The notes: a model not told the origin generated them from the sequence alone. Positions 27,189 to 37,267 are shown, counted from the first letter of the stretch. The stretch: 60,200 bases of DNA from an uncultured virus (IMG/VR IMGVR_UViG_3300027759_000054) (IMGVR_UViG_3300027759_000054); one strand, 5' to 3'. A program made the numbers and translations.

Positions 27189-27264
27189 GGACATTTAGCT
27201 CAGTAGGTAGAGCAACGGGCTTTTAACCTGTAGGTCCTGGGTTCGAACCCCAGAGTGTCCACCA
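27189..27264 (+). tRNA. tRNA-Lys(TTT)
   Basis: Loop CTTTTAA, CCA. Confidence 0.95.
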
Positions 27265-27271
27265 AATTATA

Positions 27272-27360
<89 letters not shown>

Positions 27361-27436
27361 GGTGACCGTGGTGTAACGGTAACATTTCTGGAGTGTGAAT
27401 CCGGAGTCGCGAGTTCGAATCTCGTCGGTCACCCCA
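27361..27436 (+). tRNA. tRNA-His(GTG) with G-1/C73
   Basis: Loop GTGTGAA; 8-bp acceptor GGTGACCG/CGGTCACC. Confidence 0.88.
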
Positions 27437-27437
27437 T

Positions 27438-27513
27438 GGGGATGTAGTCCAAAGGCAGAGACAGAGGACTTAAAATCCTTCCAGTGCGGGTTCGAGTCCC
27501 ACCATCCCTACCA
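27438..27513 (+). tRNA. tRNA-Leu(TAA), short variable loop
   Basis: Loop CTTAAAA, A73, CCA. Confidence 0.9.
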
Positions 27514-27517
27514 TTTC

Positions 27518-27593
27518 GCGTCTGTAGCTCAGTTGGTAGAGCACACCCCTGATAAGGGTGAGGTCGCAGGATCGAGGCCTGCCAGACGCACCA
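27518..27593 (+). tRNA. tRNA-Ile(GAT)
   Basis: Loop CTGATAA, CCA. Confidence 0.93.
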
Positions 27594-27595
27594 AT

Positions 27596-27667
27596 GCCAG
27601 CAGTGTAAGTGCACGACCGACTCTCATAAGGTTGGTTTGGTAGGAGCGTTACCTACTGCTGGTACCA
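27596..27667 (+). tRNA. Atypical tRNA-Met(CAT)
   Basis: 72 nt, shortened D-arm, T-loop AGCGTTA, loop CTCATAA, CCA. Confidence 0.7.
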
Positions 27668-27668
27668 T

Positions 27669-27746
27669 GTCACGATGGCAGAGTGGTCCAATGCACAGGT
27701 CTGCAAAACCTGAAAACCGTGGGTTCAAATCCCACTCGTGACTCCA
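27669..27746 (+). tRNA. tRNA-Cys(GCA)
   Basis: Loop CTGCAAA, U73, CCA. Confidence 0.92.
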
Positions 27747-27748
27747 AT

Positions 27749-27823
27749 GCGGGTGTAGCTCAGTGGTAGAGCATCTCGTTGCCAACGAGACGGTCGGCGG
27801 TTCGAATCCGCTCTCCCGCTCCA
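27749..27823 (+). tRNA. tRNA-Gly(GCC)
   Basis: Loop TTGCCAA, U73, CCA. Confidence 0.93.
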
Positions 27824-27886
27824 TTTTTAAAGGAAGTATATTATGATTCTTGAGACCTATCGCGCTGCTATTGGTCTATAATTTAT

Positions 27887-27961
27887 GGCCCCGTCGTCTA
27901 CTGGCTAGGACACCGCCCTTTCACGGCGGAGAAGGGAGATCGATACTCCTCGGGGCTACCA
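27887..27961 (+). tRNA. tRNA-Glu(TTC)
   Basis: Loop CTTTCAC, CCA. Confidence 0.9.
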
Positions 27962-27998
27962 GTTATAAGTATAAGAATAACAACGAAAAGGTTGACCA

Positions 27999-28316
27999 AT
28001 GCCAGTATATGATTTTATAAACACAGAAACAGGTGAAGAGTGGGAAGAAAAGATGTCATATGATGACATGAAAGAACTCACGAATGATGGAACTGTCAAG
28101 ATTCTCTACAAGAAGATTAACTTCTTACATGCTCCTGGTTCTGACGGTGGCGGTAAGGTTCCTGATCACTTCAAGGAAGTCATGTCTCGCGTCGCTGATG
28201 CCAATCCTAATTCTCCTCTCGCAAATGAGTATGGTTCTAAGTCCACCAAGGATGTCAAGACTCGTGATGCTGTAGATAAAATCAAGAAAAAGGCAGGAGG
28301 TTCATTGATCGGATGA
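27999..28316 (+). CDS. FmdB-like protein lacking the Zn cysteines
   Basis: MPVYDF.N..TGE.WE..MS and PD.FKEV...V...P motifs. Confidence 0.65.
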   Translation: MPVYDFINTETGEEWEEKMSYDDMKELTNDGTVKILYKKINFLHAPGSDGGGKVPDHFKEVMSRVADANPNSPLANEYGSKSTKDVKTRDAVDKIKKKAGGSLIG

Positions 28317-29071
28317 ACATGTTGGTTGCGCTCCTTACTTCAAGGGATGTTGAGAAATTAAAACGTTGTATCGAGAGTGTTCTGCCTCAAACCAGTGATG
28401 TGGTTGTGGTATGCAACACTCTCGATTTTTCATTTGTAGAGCAAGCAAGGATTGTTGCAGAGGAATACAATCTGGAGTTTCTGGTAACTGAATCTAATGG
28501 GACACCAGCGAAAGGAAAGAATTCTGTTCTAGAGATTTTCCGATCTCGTTCACATGACTATTACATGCAAGTCGATGCAGATGATTATCTCACTCCTGAT
28601 GCATTATCTAAGATTGCTACGATTGTTCAACAAAATCCAACTGTTGATGTTATTGGACTAACAAATAATTTTATGACATATAATGGAGGAGTGACAACTG
28701 CCACCGATCTGATGAAAAGTACAGATATTTACAAATTTGCACAGATTACAGGTGTGCATGGATTGCGCCTAATCGAACTCGGCAAATTCTTAGCAGCAAA
28801 TCTACAATACAATAGAATGATACTCTATTCTAAAAAGACCGTCGATAATTTTAATTTCGATGAAACTTTTATTGGTTCAGAAGACGTAGTTGCATCATAT
28901 AAATTATATTATAATCCAGATATAAACTATGTTCTTACCGATGAGCATTTGCATTTATATGTCTATGACTTGGAAGATACTGGTAATTTTCATTCATTTT
29001 TAAGCAATTTAAATGAAATAAAAAAAGTTCTCCGCGAATTGAAGGTTGTTGTGAATGAAACTAGTATATAA
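28313..29071 (+). CDS. Glycosyltransferase family 2 (GT-A)
   Basis: LKRCIESV, VDADD (DxD), SED. Confidence 0.85.
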   Translation: MNMLVALLTSRDVEKLKRCIESVLPQTSDVVVVCNTLDFSFVEQARIVAEEYNLEFLVTESNGTPAKGKNSVLEIFRSRSHDYYMQVDADDYLTPDALSKIATIVQQNPTVDVIGLTNNFMTYNGGVTTATDLMKSTDIYKFAQITGVHGLRLIELGKFLAANLQYNRMILYSKKTVDNFNFDETFIGSEDVVASYKLYYNPDINYVLTDEHLHLYVYDLEDTGNFHSFLSNLNEIKKVLRELKVVVNETSI

Positions 29072-29702
29072 AATTGACTATTTTCGTGCATATAAAGCAT
29101 TTAAGAAATTGCGCAAAAACGTATCAAATACGATCTTCATATTTGAGATTCTGCATGCATTAAATCCTCCATCATTGCGTTGGAGTTTGAATAAGATATT
29201 GGAAACTGAATCAGGTGGTGAAGTAGCATATAACTCGGAAGAGGTTTCAGATTACTTCTCGACACTTTCTGAAAGACCAGAAGGTTCTGTCGGTAAAGAA
29301 TGCCATAAGTTATTTCCAAACCAGCAAATCCTACTAAAAATCAGTAAAAGAAAATCTAGCAACAATAAATGGATCCAGGCGAAACATCCGTATAATTGGA
29401 TGGCACGCAGATACCGCGACACACACGATACTTGGCACACGTTGACAGGTTATCCTACAACTGAGATTGGTGAAATGTGTCTTGCAGCATTTTCGTTTGC
29501 GCAAACGAAATCTCTTGGTTGGATGATGATATGTTTGCTTGTTATGATCAAGTATGGCATTTACAAACCTGAAATTATCTCTATGGTTAGACGTGCATAT
29601 TTACAAGGTAAAAATGCTAAGTTCTTATTGGCAGAGAATTATAATGACCTGTTCAGCGAAGATCTAGAAACCGCAAAAAAGCGTCTGAATATATTGCCAT
29701 GA
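29055..29702 (+). CDS. Coq4-like metal-binding protein
   Basis: PEGSVG, RYRDTHDTWHTLTGY....GE (HDxxH-x11-E). Confidence 0.85.
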   Translation: MKLVYKIDYFRAYKAFKKLRKNVSNTIFIFEILHALNPPSLRWSLNKILETESGGEVAYNSEEVSDYFSTLSERPEGSVGKECHKLFPNQQILLKISKRKSSNNKWIQAKHPYNWMARRYRDTHDTWHTLTGYPTTEIGEMCLAAFSFAQTKSLGWMMICLLVMIKYGIYKPEIISMVRRAYLQGKNAKFLLAENYNDLFSEDLETAKKRLNILP

Positions 29703-30346
29703 TTGAGTTAGAGAAAATTGATAGCACCTATCCAATAGAAAAGATTCTTCCATTTTGTGAAGCATCTATAGGGGATCCGCGTCCAGGAGCACAAAACATG
29801 AGTCCTGATGGATGGGAGGAAAACCCTGCATCATTTTTGTATTTGCTATATAAAGAAAAGCGGTATGATGGCAAGGGTAATGGATACGTAATATTTAAGA
29901 AAGACGATAAGATTGTAATTGGCAATGGTTTCTCTGTTTCTGATATAGATGAAAAAATGACTCAAGCAAATTCTCGAATGTATACAATACCTGGAATTCC
30001 TTTTCCCCGAGAACAAGGTGCTATTTTCGATTTCGCCGTAGATACTAGTATGGAAAATGGTAGGTTTGGTATATTCTCTTCGGTAAACGAATACAATTCT
30101 AGATATCACTTGGGATATGTTGCAATAAATGAACCTATAAATAATCCTGGATATTTTATGGAAAATGGTAAACATTTTGCCAAACCAGGAAGAAGAATAC
30201 ATCCAGGACTACAATCTGCTGGACCGTTTTGCATTCGCGGCGTAAAACAGTGGATTTGTTATATGATTTGGAATGAAGCACACCGAGAGTCGTTTTTACA
30301 AACTCTCGATTCTATTAGATGGGATAAAACAGATGCTGGGATTTAA
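29699..30346 (+). CDS. Hypothetical protein (possibly GNAT-like)
   Basis: Coupled ORF within the cluster; fold only guessed. Confidence 0.45.
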   Translation: MIELEKIDSTYPIEKILPFCEASIGDPRPGAQNMSPDGWEENPASFLYLLYKEKRYDGKGNGYVIFKKDDKIVIGNGFSVSDIDEKMTQANSRMYTIPGIPFPREQGAIFDFAVDTSMENGRFGIFSSVNEYNSRYHLGYVAINEPINNPGYFMENGKHFAKPGRRIHPGLQSAGPFCIRGVKQWICYMIWNEAHRESFLQTLDSIRWDKTDAGI

Positions 30347-31082
30347 TCAAGAATCCAAAATTCATGCAGGAATGAATCACTGGATCAATATCATTGCGAT
30401 GATATCCATTCCAGTGTTTATCTGGCAATTCACTATATTCCAACTGATTATGTGTGCAGTTGGGTATTTTCTTTGGCATAATATTGGTGTTATTGCAGGG
30501 TATCATAAACTGGCATCTCATCGTCAATATTCTCCACCAAAATGGTTTAAATATTTTTCTATTACTTGTGGGACCATGAGCGCACAAAGTCCAGCAATTA
30601 GTTGGGCGTCACAACACACAGCGCACCATGCATATTCCGATACCGAAAACGATCCGCATTCTCCAGTCCACAAAGGAGTTTGGAATGCATTCTTAAATAT
30701 TCATTATCTGACAAAGGAAATAAAACCAATACATAGTAGGCGTGTAATTAAAGATGATGTATATATGTGGCAATATAATAACTACTGGTTGATTATATTT
30801 TCAATTATTCTTGCTCTTGCTTTCATTGATCCATTTTCTGTTATATATTTTTGGTTAGTTCCTTGTGGATTGGCGCGATTAACAGAATCATATATTATTG
30901 CGATTAATCATCGCGAAGGTGGACCAGTAAACAACTATTTTGTTGGAGTTGTGTCTGGTGGTGAAGGGTGGCATAGGAATCATCATGATAATGCAAACAG
31001 ATTAGTTCTTCATCCGCATGACTGGTTCGGAAAAACACTACAGTGGGTATTTAACCAAAAGAAACTCAAACATGTCGAATAA
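30333..31082 (+). CDS. Membrane fatty-acid desaturase (delta-9 type)
   Basis: His boxes HKLASH, HTAHH, HRNHH; SDT..DPHSP; GEGWH. Confidence 0.92.
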   Translation: MLGFNQESKIHAGMNHWINIIAMISIPVFIWQFTIFQLIMCAVGYFLWHNIGVIAGYHKLASHRQYSPPKWFKYFSITCGTMSAQSPAISWASQHTAHHAYSDTENDPHSPVHKGVWNAFLNIHYLTKEIKPIHSRRVIKDDVYMWQYNNYWLIIFSIILALAFIDPFSVIYFWLVPCGLARLTESYIIAINHREGGPVNNYFVGVVSGGEGWHRNHHDNANRLVLHPHDWFGKTLQWVFNQKKLKHVE

Positions 31083-32310
31083 TACGATCTGCTCTTACCC
31101 GTTCACACATAGTTACATTGGTCCAAAGTATGTCAGAAAGTTATGTTGTGTGTCTGCGGATATTCCTAACTCTGAAAAGGTATCTACCAAGGATTGGTGG
31201 AACAGCGAGCAGATGCAAGAAATACGGCACAAGATGCTCATCGGAGAAAAGGTTGAACACTGTGCTATCTGCTATCTAAACGAAGACGCTGGAATTCGGT
31301 CTTGGCGGCAAGATTCTTTTGATCTAATGTCGGAAGAGACTGTAGGAACATTCTCTCCCGTGGTCAATGAAGATCCAATCTATTTTGATTATAGAACCAT
31401 TCATTGTAATTTACAATGCATGAGTTGCATGCCTGATTATAGTTCGCAGCACATTGCTCTTGCTAAAGAGTTACACGGGAAGACAGACCCATTTAGGGTT
31501 GATCCTGCATACGAAGAAACAATGAAGAATGAGATTCTAGATTCATTGCGTAATCGAACGTGTAAGAAAATATATTGGGCAGGTGGCGAACCGATGATGT
31601 CATCTGTGCATTGGACAGTTGTTGAAGAAATGAGCAAGATTCAACAGGTAGATCCCGATTATATCAAGTCAATCGACGTTCACTACAATACCAATCTCAC
31701 TAGGGTTCATTGGAAGAACCAAGATATTCCGTCAATGCTAGAGTTCTATCAACCAAAAATCTTCGCTAGTATGGATGGAACACACGAGACGTATGAATTC
31801 TTGCGAGACGGAGCCAAATGGAATTCGGTGTCTGACAATTGGAAACGGTACCACGATAAACTGAATGCAAACAACCAGTTTGGTATGTCTACTGTATTGA
31901 CTGCTCCTGTTATCTTTGACATCGATAGATGGTTTGATTTCTATGAACCTTATGATCCTGAGTTGTTCAACTATCGTTTCTTGACAAACAAGATGGATGT
32001 GTTCCAGTACGATCATGGGTTCTTAGATATCAGATTGTTTCCTAAAGAAATCTTTGTTAAAACGATTTCCCATGCTATAATGCGGTTCGAGAAATCAAAT
32101 TTAAGAAACAAAGAAAATACCATTGCTATTTTGAAAACTTACATTGATCAACGTAACGAGTTTCAGTCAATGTTTGATGACACTGCTCGAATGTCAGCAC
32201 TAAAGAAAAGCGTCGAAAAGAGAGATAAGTTCCTAGTGAGTGGCAGGTCGTTTGAAGAACTATTGAGTATCATAAACGTTGATGCGTACATCTGGTATAA
32301 AGGACTATGA
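31072..32310 (+). CDS. Radical SAM protein with N-terminal twitch/SPASM-like Cys cluster
   Basis: CNLQCMSC, AGGEP, YNTN, SMDG...YEFLR; N-terminal C..CC..C..C. Confidence 0.9.
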   Translation: MSNNTICSYPFTHSYIGPKYVRKLCCVSADIPNSEKVSTKDWWNSEQMQEIRHKMLIGEKVEHCAICYLNEDAGIRSWRQDSFDLMSEETVGTFSPVVNEDPIYFDYRTIHCNLQCMSCMPDYSSQHIALAKELHGKTDPFRVDPAYEETMKNEILDSLRNRTCKKIYWAGGEPMMSSVHWTVVEEMSKIQQVDPDYIKSIDVHYNTNLTRVHWKNQDIPSMLEFYQPKIFASMDGTHETYEFLRDGAKWNSVSDNWKRYHDKLNANNQFGMSTVLTAPVIFDIDRWFDFYEPYDPELFNYRFLTNKMDVFQYDHGFLDIRLFPKEIFVKTISHAIMRFEKSNLRNKENTIAILKTYIDQRNEFQSMFDDTARMSALKKSVEKRDKFLVSGRSFEELLSIINVDAYIWYKGL

Positions 32311-33662
32311 TTAATCGACATATAATTAATCCTGAGATAAACTACGATGGAGCGAATAGAGATGATATATTTCGCCTTATCAATCGTTGGAAAAGGTTGC
32401 TCATATACAAGCAAATTAGTCGTGGTGATGTAATGGCTCTTGGTATTTTCGATGTATCACTGAACCATGTGGCATGTTTATTTGCCGCCGCTGAACTGGG
32501 CATGAAAATTTTTATCATCACCAAACCCCTCGCAAAAGAAACAATACATGCAACAAAAATGGGAATCCATGGACCAGTTGATATAACTATATCCCAGAGA
32601 ATAGAGATAGATAATTTGCATGTTGAAATGTTCGAGCGATATAGCAAGCAGATTTGTTATGAGGATGAGATTGACCAGATAACAGATGACACAGATGTAA
32701 GTATATCTGTGTCATCTAATGATCCACTTATATTTGCGTCGACTAGCGGTACCACAGGTACATCTAAACCCATCTTATTCACTCATGATGAAGTATACAA
32801 GATTTCTCAGAGAAATATATCTGTCTTTGGTTACACTAAAGAAAGCGTGGTGCAACAGACAGTAAACATGCACCATGCCTCTGCCATGCTGACTTATCTG
32901 TTTCCAACTCTAATGACATGCGATACACACTATGTTGGTGGTATTGCTTTTACACCTAAGCATATTCAAAAGAGAGTGTGGTATCCAACACAATTTGTCG
33001 AAACTTGCCTGACTGATAGAAAGGTAGATAATATAATATGCGCTAATAGATTTATGCTATATGAAATTCAACGGGGCATGACAGAAGCAAATAGATTGCC
33101 TGAGCATAGAATTACAATCAATATGTCTGGATTTCCAGCAGGACCAGAAATATATGATATGGCAAAACAATATCCAATAGACTTCATATCGCACTATGGT
33201 TCTATAGATACTGGTATTCCGTTATTAGTAAATAAGATAACACAAGACTCAGTATACGAATCAGGATATGTAGGCAAATTAGTAGACGATTTTTATAAAA
33301 TAGTAGGTAATATGGTTTGTTCTGATCTATGGTCTGATCCAAGACCAGTACCAGATACTCTATTAGTTGAAGAAGATCAGTTTTATTATAGTGGTAGAAA
33401 AGAAGAACACCCGCTATATACGGGCGAATTTAAACAGATGATGCTAGAACAACTCGGCGACCATGATTTCGTTGTTGCCAACAACGGAAAACTTTTTATA
33501 GTTATATGGAACAAACAAGATCGATACGATATAGAAAATGGTAAAACCTCTATCGATGAAGTAATCACATTTGTATACCTGAATAAAGAAGACTTTATGG
33601 TGGATACCAAAGTCAGTATGGAACAACTACGGGCGTATCTGGAGTATCACTATGTACTGTAG
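32307..33662 (+). CDS. AMP-binding (ANL adenylation) enzyme
   Basis: STSGTTGTSK P-loop, HYGSIDTG, Y.GR. Confidence 0.85.
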   Translation: MINRHIINPEINYDGANRDDIFRLINRWKRLLIYKQISRGDVMALGIFDVSLNHVACLFAAAELGMKIFIITKPLAKETIHATKMGIHGPVDITISQRIEIDNLHVEMFERYSKQICYEDEIDQITDDTDVSISVSSNDPLIFASTSGTTGTSKPILFTHDEVYKISQRNISVFGYTKESVVQQTVNMHHASAMLTYLFPTLMTCDTHYVGGIAFTPKHIQKRVWYPTQFVETCLTDRKVDNIICANRFMLYEIQRGMTEANRLPEHRITINMSGFPAGPEIYDMAKQYPIDFISHYGSIDTGIPLLVNKITQDSVYESGYVGKLVDDFYKIVGNMVCSDLWSDPRPVPDTLLVEEDQFYYSGRKEEHPLYTGEFKQMMLEQLGDHDFVVANNGKLFIVIWNKQDRYDIENGKTSIDEVITFVYLNKEDFMVDTKVSMEQLRAYLEYHYVL

Positions 33663-33725
33663 AATAAAGGACTATGACTTAAACCTTCAAAATTATAAAG
33701 AACAAAAACTTAATTGGAGCATTAC

Positions 33726-34397
33726 ATGATCATTACCTGCGGACCAGATAATAATCTAGATTCGTTTGAATTAAAGATCCCCGAGAACAAAAGCATTGGC
33801 ATAATGCTGAGCAGTGGTGCCGACAGTGCAATATTGCTGTATCTGATGTGTCTTGAGTTGATGCAAACTGGAAGATCTACAGACGAGATTAAATATGTTT
33901 TTACTGTCCCGAAAACAGATGGTGCAGAACTACACAGTGCAGGTATCGTAAATTGGATAAATGAGAAACTGGACATTAATCTACCACAACCAATAATCTT
34001 CGGCGCAGAAAATGTGCAAGATTTACACCACTCTAAGCAAATTAGTGAAAGCGTTCGAGCAGTTTTCGTCAAATACGATCCTACGCTCAAAGACCTACAT
34101 GTTTTCCTAGCGGACCAGAGAGCAGTACCACAACCTTGGCCGTTTGAAATGGATTATGCAGCCAATCCATTTCGGGTAGCAGAAAATCCATATCCAGAGA
34201 TTATAAGTTTGCCATTTAACGATCTGTATAAATCTCACACAATAGATTTACATTTTATGTTTAACACAGAACGACTGTTGGAGTTATCGCACACCTGCAC
34301 ACAATTAAATGCAGGTCGATGCAATAAGTGCTATCATTGTCATGAACGACAATGGGCATTTGACCAACTTGGTAAAATTGATCCAGGAACCAATTGA
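33726..34397 (+). CDS. QueC-like PP-loop ATPase
   Basis: LSSGADS; HTC...GRCNKCYHC.ER Zn motif. Confidence 0.75.
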   Translation: MIITCGPDNNLDSFELKIPENKSIGIMLSSGADSAILLYLMCLELMQTGRSTDEIKYVFTVPKTDGAELHSAGIVNWINEKLDINLPQPIIFGAENVQDLHHSKQISESVRAVFVKYDPTLKDLHVFLADQRAVPQPWPFEMDYAANPFRVAENPYPEIISLPFNDLYKSHTIDLHFMFNTERLLELSHTCTQLNAGRCNKCYHCHERQWAFDQLGKIDPGTN

Positions 34398-35047
34398 TGG
34401 AAAATATAACCTTTAATCCGCTCACTGAATTTGTCGTCTCATATGGGGATCTGATGGAACTAGAGTTTACACGGTTCAATGTGGATGCATACAAAGATCT
34501 TATTCTCAACCATCCAGGGTGGAGGCAGTATAATTCGTATAAAGATGGATATAATCGATATGGATTATCCATGACCAGTTTGGATGGTGGATACTCTGGT
34601 GTTCCTGATTTAGAAAGTCTGATAGAACACTACAAGGAAACAAAAGAACGCTATCGTGATAAGGATTTTAAAGTCAGAACTCCACTTTCATATGAAATAC
34701 CAGAAGTCTCAGAACTCTTTGATTTCTTTGGTGACGATCTTGCACGATCGCATTTCCTAAGATTAGACAAAGGTGGATTCTTTCCACCACACAGAGATCA
34801 CGAATTCAGTTTACCCAATAATATGCTTAGGATCATCGTGCCGTTCTATAATTTTCACTCATCAAGTATGTCTTGGATTTATGATGGTAAGGTTGTGCAA
34901 CTAAGAGAAGGTATCGTATATTTCATGAATACGACCAAGGCACACTCGCTATTTTCATATGTTGATGGATGCACCATGCTGGTGTTAAATGTATGCGCAA
35001 CCAAAAATACAATGAACCAACTAATTAGAAAAATGAGAGTTTACTAA
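34397..35047 (+). CDS. 2OG-Fe(II) oxygenase (Asp/Asn beta-hydroxylase-like)
   Basis: GGFFPPHRD...YFMNTTKAHS. Confidence 0.8.
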   Translation: MENITFNPLTEFVVSYGDLMELEFTRFNVDAYKDLILNHPGWRQYNSYKDGYNRYGLSMTSLDGGYSGVPDLESLIEHYKETKERYRDKDFKVRTPLSYEIPEVSELFDFFGDDLARSHFLRLDKGGFFPPHRDHEFSLPNNMLRIIVPFYNFHSSSMSWIYDGKVVQLREGIVYFMNTTKAHSLFSYVDGCTMLVLNVCATKNTMNQLIRKMRVY

Positions 35048-35049
35048 TC

Positions 35050-35823
35050 ATGATACAAGAATCTTTACCATGGAATCTAACACACAATAGATATGCCATT
35101 CTAGGTGTTCCCAGATCTGGAACTCAATTGACTGAATCTTTTGTCAATTATTCTCTAAGCAAAAAGTTTGATGATGTTGTTTCATTACAAGAGATACTTT
35201 CAGTGCACACAGCATTGTTCAATACGCTCACATTAAAAGACAATAAACTCTATCTTGAACCTACTGGTGTAATCACTCACCGAGAATTATATTCTAAAAA
35301 TAACGAAAGATTTGAGTTGGTTTCCAAGGCAGGACAAGAGCAAGCATTGACCTGCCGCATTTTCCTGGATGATACTCTTTCTTTCAAAGGATTTCAAGAG
35401 GGATTGAATTATCTAAAAGACATTGGATTCCACTTTATCTACGTAAATCGTGGTTTCGAACAAAAGATGCTGAGTTTTATGTTTGCAAATAAGAGTTTTA
35501 TATTCAATTGCGAAAAGAATACAATGATGTTGCATATTGATATCGAAGAACTCAAGTTGCAAATAATCTCGCGCTACCTGCTGGAAGAACAAAACAAAAA
35601 AGTTATGAACAAACTTGTTTCCTATGACACTGTTGAGTACGATTCTCTTGTTTCCATGGCGGAACACCTCTCTGACTCTGAGAAGGAGTTGGCGTTTGGT
35701 ATATTCAAAGAGAAGCAGTTGCCCCTCGACCCGTATGAGCAAATCGTAAATGCCGACGAGGTAAGGGAAGTTTTTACAATTTTCTATCCAAAATTGATCA
35801 AACTTGCAGGCGAGTTAATTTGA
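35050..35823 (+). CDS. Sulfotransferase-like (Stf0-type P-loop) protein
   Basis: GVPRSGT 5'-PSB-like loop; R....LS; KQ...Y...I.N..EV tail. Confidence 0.65.
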   Translation: MIQESLPWNLTHNRYAILGVPRSGTQLTESFVNYSLSKKFDDVVSLQEILSVHTALFNTLTLKDNKLYLEPTGVITHRELYSKNNERFELVSKAGQEQALTCRIFLDDTLSFKGFQEGLNYLKDIGFHFIYVNRGFEQKMLSFMFANKSFIFNCEKNTMMLHIDIEELKLQIISRYLLEEQNKKVMNKLVSYDTVEYDSLVSMAEHLSDSEKELAFGIFKEKQLPLDPYEQIVNADEVREVFTIFYPKLIKLAGELI

Positions 35824-35856
35824 GCAAAAATAATTCAATTATTTTAATTTAGGGGC

Positions 35857-35885
35857 TTGACATTTTCTCATTTTTAGGGTAGAAT
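35857..35885 (+). promoter_or_regulatory. Early promoter cassette
   Basis: AATTTAGGGGC-TTGACA-17-TAGAAT. Confidence 0.85.
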
Positions 35886-35916
35886 GAAATATAAGATGAG
35901 AAAAGGAAATGTGAAA

Positions 35917-36231
35917 ATGATTAAAGTTTACCAAATCCAACTGACTGACGCTGAAATCGCTGCCGTAAACAACGGCGAAACTAGCGATCGCATCAAAGCA
36001 TACTTCGGTCGGTCGTTTGAAGGCACCTTCAAAGCAGAGAACTTCCAATACTACACTCACGTTGCTAACGTCGATACCAATGACATGGAAGAAGCATTCG
36101 CTGCCATGAATCTTTGGGAAGGTGCTACGGTTGAGAAACTCGGTCCCTGCTCCTCGATGTCGGTTGGTGACATTCTTGAGGTTGACGGTAAACTGTTCCG
36201 TTGCGCTTCGTGTGGTTTTGATGCAATTTAA
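35917..36231 (+). CDS. YodL-like protein
   Basis: KVYQI...EEAF...N...SMSVGDI...G..F.C...GF. Confidence 0.6.
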   Translation: MIKVYQIQLTDAEIAAVNNGETSDRIKAYFGRSFEGTFKAENFQYYTHVANVDTNDMEEAFAAMNLWEGATVEKLGPCSSMSVGDILEVDGKLFRCASCGFDAI

Positions 36232-36242
36232 GGATATTTGAT

Positions 36243-36476
36243 ATGACTGAAGTTGTGAAAAAGAACATGTTCCTCGAAACTATGAAGTGGTTTGGCACCG
36301 CATGTGTCATCGTCGCTGCGACATGTCGTGCTTTCGAGTTTCACACGGTAGATCTGATTCTGTCGATCATCGGTGCTGCTATCTGGGGATATGCTGCCTA
36401 TGAGATGAAAGATAAACCTCTGATTGTGGTTAATGGTTTCATCACTAGTATTCTTATTGTGGGAGTTTTCGTATGA
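36243..36476 (+). CDS. Small multi-TM membrane protein
   Basis: Three hydrophobic segments; KWFGT and D.PLIVVN. Confidence 0.65.
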   Translation: MTEVVKKNMFLETMKWFGTACVIVAATCRAFEFHTVDLILSIIGAAIWGYAAYEMKDKPLIVVNGFITSILIVGVFV

Positions 36477-36685
36477 GTTATTGGTTGATCGTTTTCTTAT
36501 TCACCGCTGAAGGTGAATTCGTAGCGAAGGATGTCTATGAGACTGCCAGCAAAGAGCAGTGTGTTCAGTTTGCAGGTGATGTCGCTCGCACTATTATCAA
36601 CAGTCAGATTCAGGCACAGTTTCATTGCGTAAGCGATGATCATTACATGGGTCGTAAGCAGGACGAGGGCGTAGACTATGACTGA
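36473..36685 (+). CDS. Hypothetical protein
   Basis: Coupled ORF with a Cys pair. Confidence 0.55.
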   Translation: MSYWLIVFLFTAEGEFVAKDVYETASKEQCVQFAGDVARTIINSQIQAQFHCVSDDHYMGRKQDEGVDYD

Positions 36686-36706
36686 ACTCGTGGAACTGCA
36701 ACTGGT

Positions 36707-37267
36707 ATGAAGTTTGATATATTACAGAATGCCATTGTGTTTCGTAATGCATTTGAAGATCTCTCAGGATTCATTGAAGAACAGAAACAAAAACCACTAC
36801 AAGACAGTGGATTAAGTTCTGCGAACATTGATAGGTATGATACAGATATTCGCGAGTCTAAACAAGTCAGCATCAATCACAACAATCCTGTGGTTGAAAA
36901 AGTTCGTGAAATATCTAAATTCGCCAATGAGAACTATTTTAAGATTAACATCTCTCAATACGCCAAAGAAAATCACTTCATTCAATATGACAATGGTGGT
37001 AAATTTGAAAAACATACTGACACCATATGGAATGCAGATGTAAAAGATTTAGACAAAAAACCTGTTCGCAAACTATCATGCATAACACTGCTCAATGATG
37101 ACTTCACTGGTGGTAAACTTGCATTATGGTATACGGGTAACAGATACAGTTTTCTATTTAATGCAGGTGATGTTATTTTCTTCCCTTCTTATGTTCATCA
37201 CAAAGTTGACCCAGTCAAGTCGGGTGTTCGCTATAGTTTAGTTTCTTGGTCTCATGGAGAATTCTAA
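36707..37267 (+). CDS. 2OG-Fe(II) oxygenase (prolyl-4-hydroxylase/PKHD type)
   Basis: HTD..RKLS..LLNDDFTGG..FPS..HKV.PV..G.RYSLVSW. Confidence 0.9.
   Translation: MKFDILQNAIVFRNAFEDLSGFIEEQKQKPLQDSGLSSANIDRYDTDIRESKQVSINHNNPVVEKVREISKFANENYFKINISQYAKENHFIQYDNGGKFEKHTDTIWNADVKDLDKKPVRKLSCITLLNDDFTGGKLALWYTGNRYSFLFNAGDVIFFPSYVHHKVDPVKSGVRYSLVSWSHGEF

Noticed and set aside
33726..34397. QueC-like gene as evidence of 7-deazaguanine DNA modification
   Set aside because: No FolE, QueD or DpdA in the window; the neighbouring radical SAM protein is twitch-type, not QueE; the context is lipid/glycan tailoring
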